Assembly: GCA_022545705.1 (NCBI GenBank)
Contig: JACZQN010000001.1
Location: 940-64,939, forward strand
Direction of reading: 5' to 3'
Source of the DNA: Nitrospirota bacterium
Lineage (GTDB): Bacteria > Nitrospirota > Nitrospiria > Nitrospirales > Nitrospiraceae
DNA length: 64,000 nt
Positions 18,737 through 28,033 of this stretch are shown piece by piece (the first letter of the stretch is position 1; each line of letters begins with the position of its first letter). Below the pieces are notes generated by a model that worked only from the letters and a program-made list of their open reading frames with translations, made no database searches and was not told the DNA's origin. Position numbers and translations under genes: made by a program.

Positions 18737-18902
18737 GGCTCTCTCGGCTTTCGTGTGGGTCAAGCCAGGCCTGGGGAGGGGCGCACGAAGCGAGGAATAA
18801 CGAGCTTCACGTTTGTGCGCGCCGCCGAGTCGGTGAGGCGGCCGGGTCTTGCCAGCTCCTCCGGCGAAGTCAGCGCTCACTCCACCGGACGCGGCGATTA
18901 TA
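18737..18902. repeat. rearranged partial copy of the 52252-52529 hairpin element, in the TonB-receptor/hflK divergent intergenic region
   Basis: 18737-18781 matches about 41/45 of 52252-52296. 18852-18880 is the exact reverse complement of the 29-mer at 52296-52324, fused to the reverse complement of CAAGACCCGG (18842-18851 vs 52425-52434). Confidence 0.6.
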
Positions 18903-19004
18903 GCCCGGATCTGGTTCTCCAGCGCGCCGACAGGCGGCTGCACGAATTCCGATGTTGCCCTTACCAACCAACTCTGTTATGGTGCGTCAACGAAGGAGTG
19001 CTGT

Positions 19005-20033
19005 ATGGCCGACCCGAGAGACCCCTGGGGAAAAAAGAGCGATCCCATCGAGGACATCTTACGACAGGGTAAGGCGCTATTCCGCCAGTTCATGCCGTTC
19101 CGTGGCGCCCGCATCATTGTCCCGATCGTGGTGGCGTTGTTCCTCCTGTGGCAGGGCGTTTACATTGTCGCCCCGGACGAGGAAGGCGTCGTCAAGCGAT
19201 TCGGCGCTGTCGTGCGCACGGTGGGACCCGGCCCTCATGTCAAAATTCCATTCGTTGAGAGCGTGCTCACACCCAAGGTCACGAAGGTCCACCGCATTGA
19301 GGTCGGCTTTCGTACCGACCTCCGCGGGCGTCAGCGCATGGTCCCGAGAGAAGCGCTGATGCTCACCGGCGATGAGAACATCCTGGCGGTCGAGTTCAAC
19401 GTCCAGTACAAGATCAAGAACGCCAAGGACTGGCTGTTTAACGTCGCCGCAGTGATTGAGACCATCCAAAAAGGCGCCGAAGCCTCGATGCGCGAGGTCA
19501 TAGGGAAAAGCAAGATCACCGACGTCCTGACCGTCGGAAAGGCTCAGATCCAGGATGATACCCATACACTGCTCCAGGGGCTCCTCGACCAGTACGGGGC
19601 CGGCGTCACGATCATCGCGGTTCAGATCCAGGACGTGCATCCACCAGAAGCCGTGGTTGCCTCGTTTAAGGATGTGGCGAGCGCGAAGGAAGATCGTGAA
19701 AAGCTGATCAATCAGGCCGAGGGCTACCGCAACGAGATCATTCCCCAAGCGAAGGGAGAGGCAGCCCAGATAGTGAACCAGGCCAAAGGCTATGCGCAGG
19801 CAAGGATGACGCGGGCCGAGGGCGAGGCCAATCGGTTTCTGAAGATGCTCAAGGAATACAGCCGGTCGAAGGACATCATCAGCAAGCGCATTTACATCGA
19901 AACGATGGAAGAGGTGCTGCCCGGGATCAACAAGGTGATCATTGATCGGAAGGCCGCTAGCGGCATACTCCCTTACCTTCCTCTCGATCGCCTGGGCAGG
20001 TCCGGCACGGCCACCGACGAAAAGAGACCCTGA
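19005..20033 (+). CDS. hflK: FtsH protease activity modulator HflK
   Basis: TM segment plus SPFH/band-7 domain and a C-terminal coiled region. GAAGGAG RBS before ATG 19005. Followed by hflC. Confidence 0.9.
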   Translation: MADPRDPWGKKSDPIEDILRQGKALFRQFMPFRGARIIVPIVVALFLLWQGVYIVAPDEEGVVKRFGAVVRTVGPGPHVKIPFVESVLTPKVTKVHRIEVGFRTDLRGRQRMVPREALMLTGDENILAVEFNVQYKIKNAKDWLFNVAAVIETIQKGAEASMREVIGKSKITDVLTVGKAQIQDDTHTLLQGLLDQYGAGVTIIAVQIQDVHPPEAVVASFKDVASAKEDREKLINQAEGYRNEIIPQAKGEAAQIVNQAKGYAQARMTRAEGEANRFLKMLKEYSRSKDIISKRIYIETMEEVLPGINKVIIDRKAASGILPYLPLDRLGRSGTATDEKRP

Positions 20034-20035
20034 CC

Positions 20036-20899
20036 ATGAGTAAACAGAACATTCTCATCGCCGTCGGCGTGATCGTGCTGATCCTTCTCATCCTCGGGGC
20101 GTCCCCGTTCTTCGTGTTGGACCTCACGCAGACGGCAATCGTGGTCCAGCTTGGGAAGCCGGTACGAAATGTCACCGAGCCTGGGCTCCACCTCAAGGTA
20201 CCGTTCATTCAGGACGTGACCTATTTCGACAAGCGCCTCTTGGACTACGACGCCGCGGCGCAAGACGTGATTACTGCGGACAAGAAGACGATCGTGATCG
20301 ACAACTTCGCCAAATGGCGGATCCTCGATCCCTTAAAGGTCTTCCAGGCCTTTCAGAGTCAGCGCGGGGCCCTGCCGCGGCTGCACGAAATTATCTATTC
20401 GGAGCTACGGGTCGAACTCGGACGGCACGATCTGACCGAGATGGTGTCGCAGACGCGCTCTGAGATCATGAAAAACGTCACCGAGCGATGTAACGAGAAG
20501 GCCATGGTGTTCGGCATTCAAGTCCAGGATGTCCGGATCAAGCGGGCCGACCTCCCCGAGCAGAATGAGAAGGCGGTCTTCGCCCGGATGCAGGCGGAAC
20601 GGCAGCGCGAAGCCAAGCAGTACCGGGCGCAAGGTGCTGAAGAAGCCCAGAAGATCCGCTCGGAGGCTGAGAAGGAGCGTGAGATCATTCTCGCGGAGGC
20701 GTACAAGATCTCGGAGGAGCTGCGGGGAGGGGGGGACGCGAAGGCTTTCAAGCTGTACGCGAAGGCTTATGGAAAAGACCCTAAGTTCTTCGAGTTCACA
20801 CGCACGATGGAAGCTTACAAGAAGACCTTGAGTGGATCCTCGACGTTGATCCTGGGCCCGGAGGCGGAATTCTTCAAATACCTCAAGAAGCGCCGATAG
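20036..20899 (+). CDS. hflC: protease modulator HflC
   Basis: N-terminal TM and SPFH domain. Starts 3 nt after the hflK stop. Confidence 0.9.
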   Translation: MSKQNILIAVGVIVLILLILGASPFFVLDLTQTAIVVQLGKPVRNVTEPGLHLKVPFIQDVTYFDKRLLDYDAAAQDVITADKKTIVIDNFAKWRILDPLKVFQAFQSQRGALPRLHEIIYSELRVELGRHDLTEMVSQTRSEIMKNVTERCNEKAMVFGIQVQDVRIKRADLPEQNEKAVFARMQAERQREAKQYRAQGAEEAQKIRSEAEKEREIILAEAYKISEELRGGGDAKAFKLYAKAYGKDPKFFEFTRTMEAYKKTLSGSSTLILGPEAEFFKYLKKRR

Positions 20900-20952
20900 T
20901 GAAGGCTAGGATTCTTACCCCTGGCCTCTAGCCCCGTGCCTCTCGCCTGTTC

Positions 20953-21376
20953 TTAGGAAAGCCCCACCACTCTACCCGTCTTGGAATCCAGGTCCAGCTG
21001 TTCTCCTATCGACCGCTGCGGGAGTCCCGGCATGAGCTGAATCCCGGAGCAGATCGCGGTGAGAAAGCCGGCGCCGGCCAGGATCCTCAGCTCTTTCACC
21101 GGCAACATGAACCCAGCGGTGGCCTTGCTGGTGCAACGCCGTCGCGAGCCCTATTGCTGTGGTGGTCTTCCCCTCACCCAGTGGTGTCGGATTCATCTCT
21201 GTGACCAGCACATAACGACCGGTCGGACAGTTGGTCAGCCGATCAAGCGCGAGCAATGAAATCTTGGCCTTGTCACGACCGTATGGGACAAGTTCATCGT
21301 GATGCAAGCCAAGCAGCTCAGCGATTTCAAGGATCGGACAGGGTGTCACGGAGTGCGCAAACTCGAGATTGTTCAC
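20953..21376 (-). pseudogene. fhs: formate--tetrahydrofolate ligase remnant (internal deletion plus frameshift)
   Basis: The N-terminal ~85 codons are Fhs-like, including the P-loop region NPTPLGEGKTTTAIGLATAL. A second frame near 21100 reads the extreme Fhs C-terminus VKELRILAGAGFLTAICSGIQLMPGLPQRSIGEQLDLDSKTGRVVGLS* (stop 20953-20955). The ~400 central codons are missing. Confidence 0.7.
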
Positions 21377-21604
21377 CGTTGCTCATCCTTGGAGATTTCG
21401 CGGATCAGCCAGAGCTGGCGCAGCATACCAGGCGGTTCTGGATGACAGAAACGGCAAGGCACGCGGGACGTGCGTTCCACGCACGACAGAAAGGATCAGC
21501 ACGGTAGAAGGGCGGGACGGTCCTCGGCGCAAACGATAAGGTATCGGTAGGCAACGCGGGCTAGGAGATTGGAGCGCAACGCCGATCCCGAGCGAAGAGA
21601 AGAA

Positions 21605-22579
21605 CTAGTCGAGGATGTAGGTGAGCGGATTGACGGCTCGCCCGTTCACCTTGACCATGTAATGCAGGTGCGGCCCGGTGGAGTAGCCGGTGTTGCCAAG
21701 CAGGCCGATCACATCTCCCCGTGTCACTTTCTGGCCACGCTTCACCAGAATCTTGGAGAGATGAGAATATCCGGTTTGCTTCCCATAGCCGTGATCAAGG
21801 AGCACGAGGTTACCCATCTTGGGATCGAACCCTGTCGCTCTCACTCTCCCAGCGGCGGCCGCCTTAACCGGCGTGTTGGGTCGCGCACCGATATCCAGCC
21901 CGTTATGAAATGCACGCAGGTTGGTGAACGGTGAGGTTCTTGGGCCAAACCGGGAAGTGAGCCACCCCTTGACCGGCCAGATGGACGGCAGGGCAGCCCA
22001 CCGGGCTGACTTCTTCTTCGCTGCCTCGCTCAGCTCCTGAAGCGTGCGCTCCTGGTCGCTGGCTGCAGTCTCCAACCAGGCCAAGTCCTGCTGCACCTTG
22101 CGCGTCAGTGGATCCTCGGCAGCATCACCCTCCGTGAGGGACACTTGGTCGGGGGCTTGCAGCTCACTCTCTTCGGCTTTCCCAGGAACTCCTTGCTGGC
22201 TCTCAACAATGGGGGTCTCCTCTCCACCCTGCCCGCTTATCAAATCCTGGGGCTGTTGTTCCTCGATGCCCAGCATCACACGCAACTGTAGGTTGACCTC
22301 CTTCATCGCCAGCATGCGGTGCTTCAGATCGTCTAGCGCGTTTGAAAACGCGGTGGTCTGCGCTCTGACGCTGAGCATCTCCCCACGGATATTGTGCAAC
22401 TCCCACACTTCGCCGCTCTGTTTCACGTACTGAGTGAGCAGCAACATTTCGGCCAGGATCAAACAGGCCCCAAGGAAGAGGGCCCTTCGCACATAGGACC
22501 GCGGAATACGAAACCGCAACGGGTTCGACTTCGCGCCCCTAAAAATGACGATCGAATACGCGTCGTTGGGATGACTCAT
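21605..22579 (-). CDS. M23-family peptidoglycan DD-metalloendopeptidase
   Basis: LytM motifs HNGLDIGA, GYSHL and GNTGYSTGPHLHY. N-terminal membrane anchor and coiled coil. Confidence 0.85.
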   Translation of the reverse strand: MSHPNDAYSIVIFRGAKSNPLRFRIPRSYVRRALFLGACLILAEMLLLTQYVKQSGEVWELHNIRGEMLSVRAQTTAFSNALDDLKHRMLAMKEVNLQLRVMLGIEEQQPQDLISGQGGEETPIVESQQGVPGKAEESELQAPDQVSLTEGDAAEDPLTRKVQQDLAWLETAASDQERTLQELSEAAKKKSARWAALPSIWPVKGWLTSRFGPRTSPFTNLRAFHNGLDIGARPNTPVKAAAAGRVRATGFDPKMGNLVLLDHGYGKQTGYSHLSKILVKRGQKVTRGDVIGLLGNTGYSTGPHLHYMVKVNGRAVNPLTYILD

Positions 22580-22625
22580 CGCTGTCTCTCCTGGACAAGG
22601 CCGGATAAACCCTTAGCTAGAAACA

Positions 22626-22654
22626 AATGTACTCAATTATTGGAAACCGGTCAA
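22626..22654 (-). promoter_or_regulatory. sigma-70-like promoter for the M23 peptidase gene
   Basis: Minus strand reads TTGACC (22654-22649), 17 nt, TACATT (22631-22626), in an AT-rich gap about 47 nt upstream of the start codon. Confidence 0.4.
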
Positions 22655-22681
22655 TATTTTTCCATTTTTGGCCAAATTTTA

Positions 22682-23020
22682 TCACTTGTTGGGCTGATAC
22701 GTCACCTCTCGGATCCAGGCCAAATACTCCACCGACCCTTTGACAATGGGCAACGCTATGATTTCTGGCACACTATAGGAATGCCGCTGCTTGACCATCG
22801 CCGCCAGGTCCTCAAAAAGCTCAGCCCGTGATTTCAAGACCAGCAGGCATTCCTGCTCATCCGTCACCTGACCCTCCCACCGGAAAATTGAGCGGATTTT
22901 CGGCAACACATTCGCGCAGGCCACAAGGCCTGCCTCAACTAACGCACGGCCAATTCCGCAGGCCTCCTCTTCAGAAGCGGCAGTCACCAGCACGACTATT
23001 TCCCCGCCTGACTCAGCCAT
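22682..23020 (-). CDS. cutA: divalent-cation tolerance protein CutA
   Basis: CutA1 fold signature VVLVTAASEEEA...LVACANV...SIFRWEGQV...E..L..K. Start placed at MAESGG. Confidence 0.85.
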   Translation of the reverse strand: MAESGGEIVVLVTAASEEEACGIGRALVEAGLVACANVLPKIRSIFRWEGQVTDEQECLLVLKSRAELFEDLAAMVKQRHSYSVPEIIALPIVKGSVEYLAWIREVTYQPNK

Positions 23021-23155
23021 GTCGGCCCCTGGCCGCCGGCGCAAATGCTACCCGACATCCAGCCCTTCGCCACTCGTTCGCCATCAGGTCTGTACGGTTC
23101 CTCTTTCTACCTATCGGCTCAACATCCCAATGAATCAAGCACGATTTCATCCTTG

Positions 23156-23185
23156 TTGACAGGCCGTAAAATGTGAGCTTATGAT
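23156..23185 (+). promoter_or_regulatory. sigma-70-like promoter for the rhodanese gene
   Basis: TTGACA (23156-23161), 18 nt, TATGAT (23180-23185). A GGAGG RBS precedes ATG 23218. Confidence 0.45.
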
Positions 23186-23217
23186 AGTGCCCACGATGTC
23201 CCTCAGGAGGTAGTACC

Positions 23218-23541
23218 ATGAGCTTTACCATTACACCACAGGATCTCAAGGCCCGCCTGGACAAAGGGGACAAGCTGGTTCTCCTGGATGTCCGCGAGCC
23301 TCATGAATACTCCTTAGCGAAAATCGATGGCTCGGTCTTGATTCCGCTGGGCACCCTCCCCCAATCGCTGGACAGCCTGGATCGTGGAGCGGAGATTGTC
23401 GCCTATTGCCACCTCGGAATGCGAAGCGCCGATGCGGTCGGCTTTCTCGCCCAGCAAGGGTTCCAGAACGTTAAAAACCTGGTCGGCGGGATTGACGCGT
23501 GGTCACTCCGGGTTGATCCGTCTGTGCCCCGCTATCGCTGA
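23218..23541 (+). CDS. single-domain rhodanese-like sulfurtransferase
   Basis: Active-site loop CHLGMRS within a rhodanese fold (LLDVREPHEY...GGIDAW). Confidence 0.85.
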   Translation: MSFTITPQDLKARLDKGDKLVLLDVREPHEYSLAKIDGSVLIPLGTLPQSLDSLDRGAEIVAYCHLGMRSADAVGFLAQQGFQNVKNLVGGIDAWSLRVDPSVPRYR

Positions 23542-23571
23542 GCACGACCCGGGCTGCGCGAGCCAGCAGCC

Positions 23572-24504
23572 TTAGCCAGCGAGCATTGATTGCCTGCGGA
23601 AGAATTCGACTGTCCGACTGAGTCCTTCCGAAAGCGGCGTCCTCGGCTCCCATCCTAGTTCTTGCCGCAGTTTGGTGGAGTCCACCACGCTTCTCGCCTG
23701 CTCCCCTTTCTTGGCCGGCCCGTGAACCTGCTTGCTCCCAGATTTGGTCAGGTCCGCCAACATGCCGAACAATTCATTAATCGAGGTTTCCTCGCCGACT
23801 CCGACGTTGTAGCATCCTTGAACGTCCTTGCCCATCACTGCCAGGTGGGCGTCCACGACGTCCTCCACGAACACAAAGTCACGGGTCTGGCGTCCAGTCC
23901 CATTGACAATCGGTTGCTCGCCGCTGAGCATCTTCTGGGTAAAGATGGCGACCACGCCGGCTTCGCCGTGTGGATCCTGGCGCGGGCCATACACATTGCT
24001 GTACCGAAGGCTCACGTATTGGATGCCGCTATGCTGTTGGTAATAGGCCAGATAAAACTCGCCGGCTAACTTGCTGATGCCGTAAGGTGAAAGGGGTCGG
24101 GTCGGGTGTGATTCCGGAGCCGGAAAGACCTCTTGTTCACCGTAAATCGCTCCGCCCGAGGAGGCGAACACCACCTTTCTGGATCCATGGTGGACGGCCT
24201 GCTCCAACACATTGATCGTCCCGAGAATATTCGACTGGGCATCAAAGATGGGATCCTCGACCGAACGGCGAATATCCATCTGGGCTGCCAGATGCATCAA
24301 TACAGAAGGCCGTTCTTTTCGAAAGACCCGCTCCAGGCGTGGGCTCTGCACATCCAGTTTGTAAAATCGCGCGGCCCGATTGACATGCTTGCGCTTCCCG
24401 GTCGAGAGATTGTCCACCACGACCGCCTCATGGCCGTCCTGGATCAGGCGATCCACGAGATGCGACCCGATGAATCCAGCTCCACCGGTGACCATCACCT
24501 TCAT
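23572..24504 (-). CDS. NAD-dependent epimerase/dehydratase (UDP-glucose 4-epimerase-like SDR)
   Basis: TGGAGFIGSH Rossmann motif and catalytic YGISK (YxxxK). Start MKVMVTGG overlaps the upstream gene stop (ATGA). Confidence 0.85.
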   Translation of the reverse strand: MKVMVTGGAGFIGSHLVDRLIQDGHEAVVVDNLSTGKRKHVNRAARFYKLDVQSPRLERVFRKERPSVLMHLAAQMDIRRSVEDPIFDAQSNILGTINVLEQAVHHGSRKVVFASSGGAIYGEQEVFPAPESHPTRPLSPYGISKLAGEFYLAYYQQHSGIQYVSLRYSNVYGPRQDPHGEAGVVAIFTQKMLSGEQPIVNGTGRQTRDFVFVEDVVDAHLAVMGKDVQGCYNVGVGEETSINELFGMLADLTKSGSKQVHGPAKKGEQARSVVDSTKLRQELGWEPRTPLSEGLSRTVEFFRRQSMLAG

Positions 24505-25475
24505 GGTCTGCCTCGCTTGGCTGTCAGGAACCATTCCACAAATCGTTGGAGTCCGTCCTTGACGGTCGTGCTCGGCCGATACCCCAACAGCCGTCTTGCT
24601 TTCGTGACATTGGCAAAGGTGACCGGCATGTCCCCTGGCTGCTCTGGCAGCCGTTCAACGTGGGCCTTCTTGCCCAACACATCTTCGATCAGCCGAATCA
24701 GATCCCGCAATTCAATGGTCTCGGATTCCCCCAGGTTAAACACCTCGAACGGGAACGGCTTGTCCAGAGCAGCCATCACGCCCTGTACGATGTCGTCGAT
24801 GTACGTGAAATCCCGCCTGGCACCCCCATCGCCGAAGACCGGGAGCGGTTTGTCCTCTTCGACAAGCCGCACGAACTGATGAATTGCCATTTCAGGCCTC
24901 TGTCGAGGTCCGTAGACCGTGAAGAATCGGAGGCAGGTGACGGGCAGCCCATAGAGATGGTGGTAGGTGTAGCAGAGGAGTTCGCCGGCCAGCTTCGTGG
25001 CGGCGTAAGGGGACATCGGACGGCTCAGCGGCTCGGTCTCCGAAAACGGCACCGTCTGGACGCCGCCATACACCGAAGATGATGAAGCAAACACGAAGTT
25101 TTTGATGGCCCGCCGGCAGGCGACTTCCAGCAGGACCATCGTCCCCCGCACATTCACATCCTCGTAGAGGATGGGATCCTTCACGGATGGCCGAACGCCA
25201 GCACGAGCGGCGGCATGAAAGACGCGATCCACCCCGTGCGATTCACAGGCAGCTTCGACGGTCTGGCGATCCCTGATATCCCCCTCGATCAGGTGGAACT
25301 TCGGGTGGGGGATCGCCGCCTGGAGGTTCGCCCGTTTGATGGCAGGATCATAGAATGAGTCAAAGTTATCGAGGCAGACGACTCGCTCACCGCGCGCGAG
25401 GAGTGCCTCGATGACGTGCGATCCGATAAATCCCGCTCCGCCGGTCACCAAGGTGCATCGCTCACCGCTCATCAC
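24501..25475 (-). CDS. NAD-dependent epimerase/dehydratase (UDP-glucuronate 4-epimerase-like SDR)
   Basis: TGGAGFIGSH, DNFDSFYDP and catalytic YAATK. Confidence 0.85.
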   Translation of the reverse strand: MMSGERCTLVTGGAGFIGSHVIEALLARGERVVCLDNFDSFYDPAIKRANLQAAIPHPKFHLIEGDIRDRQTVEAACESHGVDRVFHAAARAGVRPSVKDPILYEDVNVRGTMVLLEVACRRAIKNFVFASSSSVYGGVQTVPFSETEPLSRPMSPYAATKLAGELLCYTYHHLYGLPVTCLRFFTVYGPRQRPEMAIHQFVRLVEEDKPLPVFGDGGARRDFTYIDDIVQGVMAALDKPFPFEVFNLGESETIELRDLIRLIEDVLGKKAHVERLPEQPGDMPVTFANVTKARRLLGYRPSTTVKDGLQRFVEWFLTAKRGRP

Positions 25476-26274
25476 TCGAACCCTTCACAACCTCTCGCGC
25501 CCCGTCGTCGCGTGCAGGATCGGCAACCCATCTCCAGCCGACCAGGACTTCACGGTTCCCCTTCTGCCCCAGCACTGGGGAGTCCAGGACGCCCAGCGGC
25601 CGCAGGCCTAACGCCTGGGCACAGGCAAGGATCCCTCCGGTCACGGCAGATCGCTGGCGATCGCTCCGCACAATCCCCCCGCGCCCGACCTGCCCTTTCC
25701 CGACTTCGAACTGGGGCTTCACGAGTGCGATCACCCACGCCCGAGGGGCGAGAAACGGCAAGACACACGGGAGGATGATTCTGAGCGAAATAAAGGAGAC
25801 ATCGATGGCTGCCAGCTCGACTGGCTCGGGGATGAGCGATGGGCGGAGATAGCGAAAATTGCACCGCTCCAATACCACCACGCGGGGATCCTGGCGGAGC
25901 TTCCAGGCAAGTTGGCCGTACCCGACGTCCACCGCGTATACGCGACGGGCGCCACGCTGCAGGAGGCAGTCTGTGAACCCGCCTGTGGACGCGCCAACAT
26001 CTAAGGCGACCGCTCCATGAGGATCCACCGCGAAGGCCTCCAGCGCAGCCTGGAGTTTCTCACCACCGCGGCTGACGAACGGCAACGCCCGCTGGACAAC
26101 ATCGATGTCCGCTTCTATCGAGACGCGCCCGGCTTGTTTATCGGCGAGCCGGCCGTTGACTCTGACAGCTCCGGCCATGATCAGCCGGCTGGCTTGTTCG
26201 CGGCTGTTCGCCAACCCTCGGGTGACCAGTGCTTGATCCAACCGTTCCCTGGCGGGAAACCCTTTCCGGACCAT
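25462..26274 (-). CDS. tlyA: TlyA-family rRNA (cytidine-2'-O)-methyltransferase
   Basis: S4-like N-terminus RLDQALVTRGLANSREQASRLIMAGAVRVNG and FtsJ-type SAM site LDVGASTGGFTDCLLQRGA. Confidence 0.85.
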   Translation of the reverse strand: MVRKGFPARERLDQALVTRGLANSREQASRLIMAGAVRVNGRLADKQAGRVSIEADIDVVQRALPFVSRGGEKLQAALEAFAVDPHGAVALDVGASTGGFTDCLLQRGARRVYAVDVGYGQLAWKLRQDPRVVVLERCNFRYLRPSLIPEPVELAAIDVSFISLRIILPCVLPFLAPRAWVIALVKPQFEVGKGQVGRGGIVRSDRQRSAVTGGILACAQALGLRPLGVLDSPVLGQKGNREVLVGWRWVADPARDDGAREVVKGSSDER

Positions 26275-26328
26275 GAAATAACGGGAAGAGTGGCCGACGA
26301 GAGAAGGGGCGGCCAAACCGGCGAGGAC

Positions 26329-26607
26329 CTACTTGGAGGAAGACGGCACGTCGGCCCCCTCGTCGTCGGGCGTGTAGGCGCGAAGCCGCTTCCTGCCATC
26401 CTTTTCCTGGATCAGAATTTCAACTTTCCGCTCAGCCTCATTGAGCATCTTCAGGCAGGTTTTGGACAGCTTGATGCCTTCTTCGAAGATTTTGAGTGAT
26501 TGGTCGAGCGGCAGCTCGCTTTTTTCCAGCTCGGACACGATGGTCTCGAGCCTCGCCATTGCGTCCTCGAATTTCAGCGCGCCCACTGCAAACCCCTCAC
26601 TCTTCAT
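26329..26607 (-). CDS. xseB: exodeoxyribonuclease VII small subunit
   Basis: FEDAMARLETIVSELE...LPLDQSLKIFEEGIKL is typical of XseB. Lies downstream of xseA. Confidence 0.88.
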   Translation of the reverse strand: MKSEGFAVGALKFEDAMARLETIVSELEKSELPLDQSLKIFEEGIKLSKTCLKMLNEAERKVEILIQEKDGRKRLRAYTPDDEGADVPSSSK

Positions 26608-26656
26608 GCGACAGACGGGTGTATTATACGCCCGCGGTCAAGGAGGTCAAGCAATC

Positions 26657-28006
26657 TTACCGCTCGGGAAGGACTTTGCGGACATCACACACCAGTTGAC
26701 CTTCCGCCAGTCTGGCGCGGACCTGATCACCCTCTGACACCTCCTCAGCCCGCCTCACCACTCTTCCGTCTGGAATCGTCTGAACGATGCTGTACCCTCG
26801 CCCGAGGATCGCCAGTGGACTCAGGTTGTCGAGTGCAGCCACCAGTGAGCGTATCATCTGGCGATGGACGGCCAAGACGCCCAGCATCCGTTGCTCAACG
26901 CGTTTCACGAGCTGAGGAACGAGAACCCATGCCCCCCTGATCCGGTTCACAGGGCTCGACGCATCCAGAGCATGCCGGTAGGCGACTATCCGTTCTCGGA
27001 TGGCTGAGAGGGAGTACTTCAGCGACCACCCCAGCCGGCCGTTGACGTCATCCAAACGCTGCGCGTGACGCTGGACCTCCAGACGCAATGCCAGAAGAGC
27101 CCCCGCATGGGGCTGCAACTGCCGCCGCCAGAGGGCAATCTGCATCCGCAACGCCCTGGCCTGGCGCTCCCATAGATCCCGAAGCGCGCGAACCAGGTCC
27201 TCCAGGACCGGCGCGACGGCCGCGGCGGCTGCGGAGGGCGTCGAGGCACGGTAGTCAGCCGCAAAATCGGCTAGCGTAAAATCAATCTCGTGGCCCACGG
27301 CCGAGACCACCGGAACCGACGAGGTTGCGATCGCCCGTACGACGACTTCTTCGTTGAAGCACCACAAGTCCTCCAACGAGCCGCCGCCACGCCCGACGAT
27401 CATGACATCGACCTCTCCCGACTCGCTGAGCGCCTGGATGGCCTCAGCGATCTGGGGCGCCGCCCCTTCGCCTTGGACCGGGACGGGAGAAATCAACACG
27501 CTGAGGATCGGACACCGACGCCGGAGTACGGTGAGCATATCGCGAATAGCCGCCCCCGACGACGAAGTGACGAGGCCGACTCGACGGGGCAGAAACGGAA
27601 GCGGACGCTTTCTTGACTCGTCAAACAGTCCTTCTCGAGCAAGCTTCTCTTTCAACTGCTCAAACGCGAGCTGGAAGGCGCCGATGCCTTTGGGCTCCAG
27701 ATAGTCGAGAACGATCTGATACTCGCCCCGCGGTTCGTACACGGTGAGCCTTCCCCGTAGGATCACGTGAAGCCCCTCGCGCAGGGCGAACCGCAGCCGT
27801 TCCGCGCCGCTTCGGAAGAGCACCGCTCTAATCTGGCTCTGACGATCCTTCAGCGTGAAGTAAAGATGCCCGGAGGACGGGGAACGCAGGTTGGAGACTT
27901 CGCCTTCTACCCAGAGGTTGGGGAACTGCTGCTCGAGTCGGTCACGGACCAGGGCCGTCAGTTCACTAACGGTGAGAATCCCTTGCGGGTGTTCATCCAC
28001 ACGCAT
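26657..28006 (-). CDS. xseA: exodeoxyribonuclease VII large subunit
   Basis: OB-fold N-terminus (VWVEGEVSNL...SGHLYFTLKD), catalytic core (RGGGSLEDLW.FN) and a long helical C-terminus. Confidence 0.9.
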   Translation of the reverse strand: MRVDEHPQGILTVSELTALVRDRLEQQFPNLWVEGEVSNLRSPSSGHLYFTLKDRQSQIRAVLFRSGAERLRFALREGLHVILRGRLTVYEPRGEYQIVLDYLEPKGIGAFQLAFEQLKEKLAREGLFDESRKRPLPFLPRRVGLVTSSSGAAIRDMLTVLRRRCPILSVLISPVPVQGEGAAPQIAEAIQALSESGEVDVMIVGRGGGSLEDLWCFNEEVVVRAIATSSVPVVSAVGHEIDFTLADFAADYRASTPSAAAAAVAPVLEDLVRALRDLWERQARALRMQIALWRRQLQPHAGALLALRLEVQRHAQRLDDVNGRLGWSLKYSLSAIRERIVAYRHALDASSPVNRIRGAWVLVPQLVKRVEQRMLGVLAVHRQMIRSLVAALDNLSPLAILGRGYSIVQTIPDGRVVRRAEEVSEGDQVRARLAEGQLVCDVRKVLPER

Positions 28007-28033
28007 GCAGCCAGGCGCGATCGTTCCGCGCGG

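Noticed and set aside
18653-18900. Cobalamin riboswitch upstream of the TonB-dependent receptor
   Set aside because: The context (btuB-like receptor, ~240-nt leader) invited it, and AGCCGAGAGAGCCUGG (minus strand, around 18745-18730) loosely resembles a B12 box. However, the core signatures I know (AGGGAA...GGUG..AAUCC, GCCACUG) are absent. A cmsearch with RF00174 would settle it.
18653-18967. Long N-terminal extensions offered by the ORF track. These affect the TonB receptor and also coaE (5662-5817), speB (58148-58411), the LOG gene (52390-52578), the secreted protein (49694-50086), trxB, hflK, pabB and the msbA-like gene
   Set aside because: In each case an internal Met with an RBS and/or signal peptide matches the family N-terminus. 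The extension also crosses intergenic repeats or a neighbouring gene.
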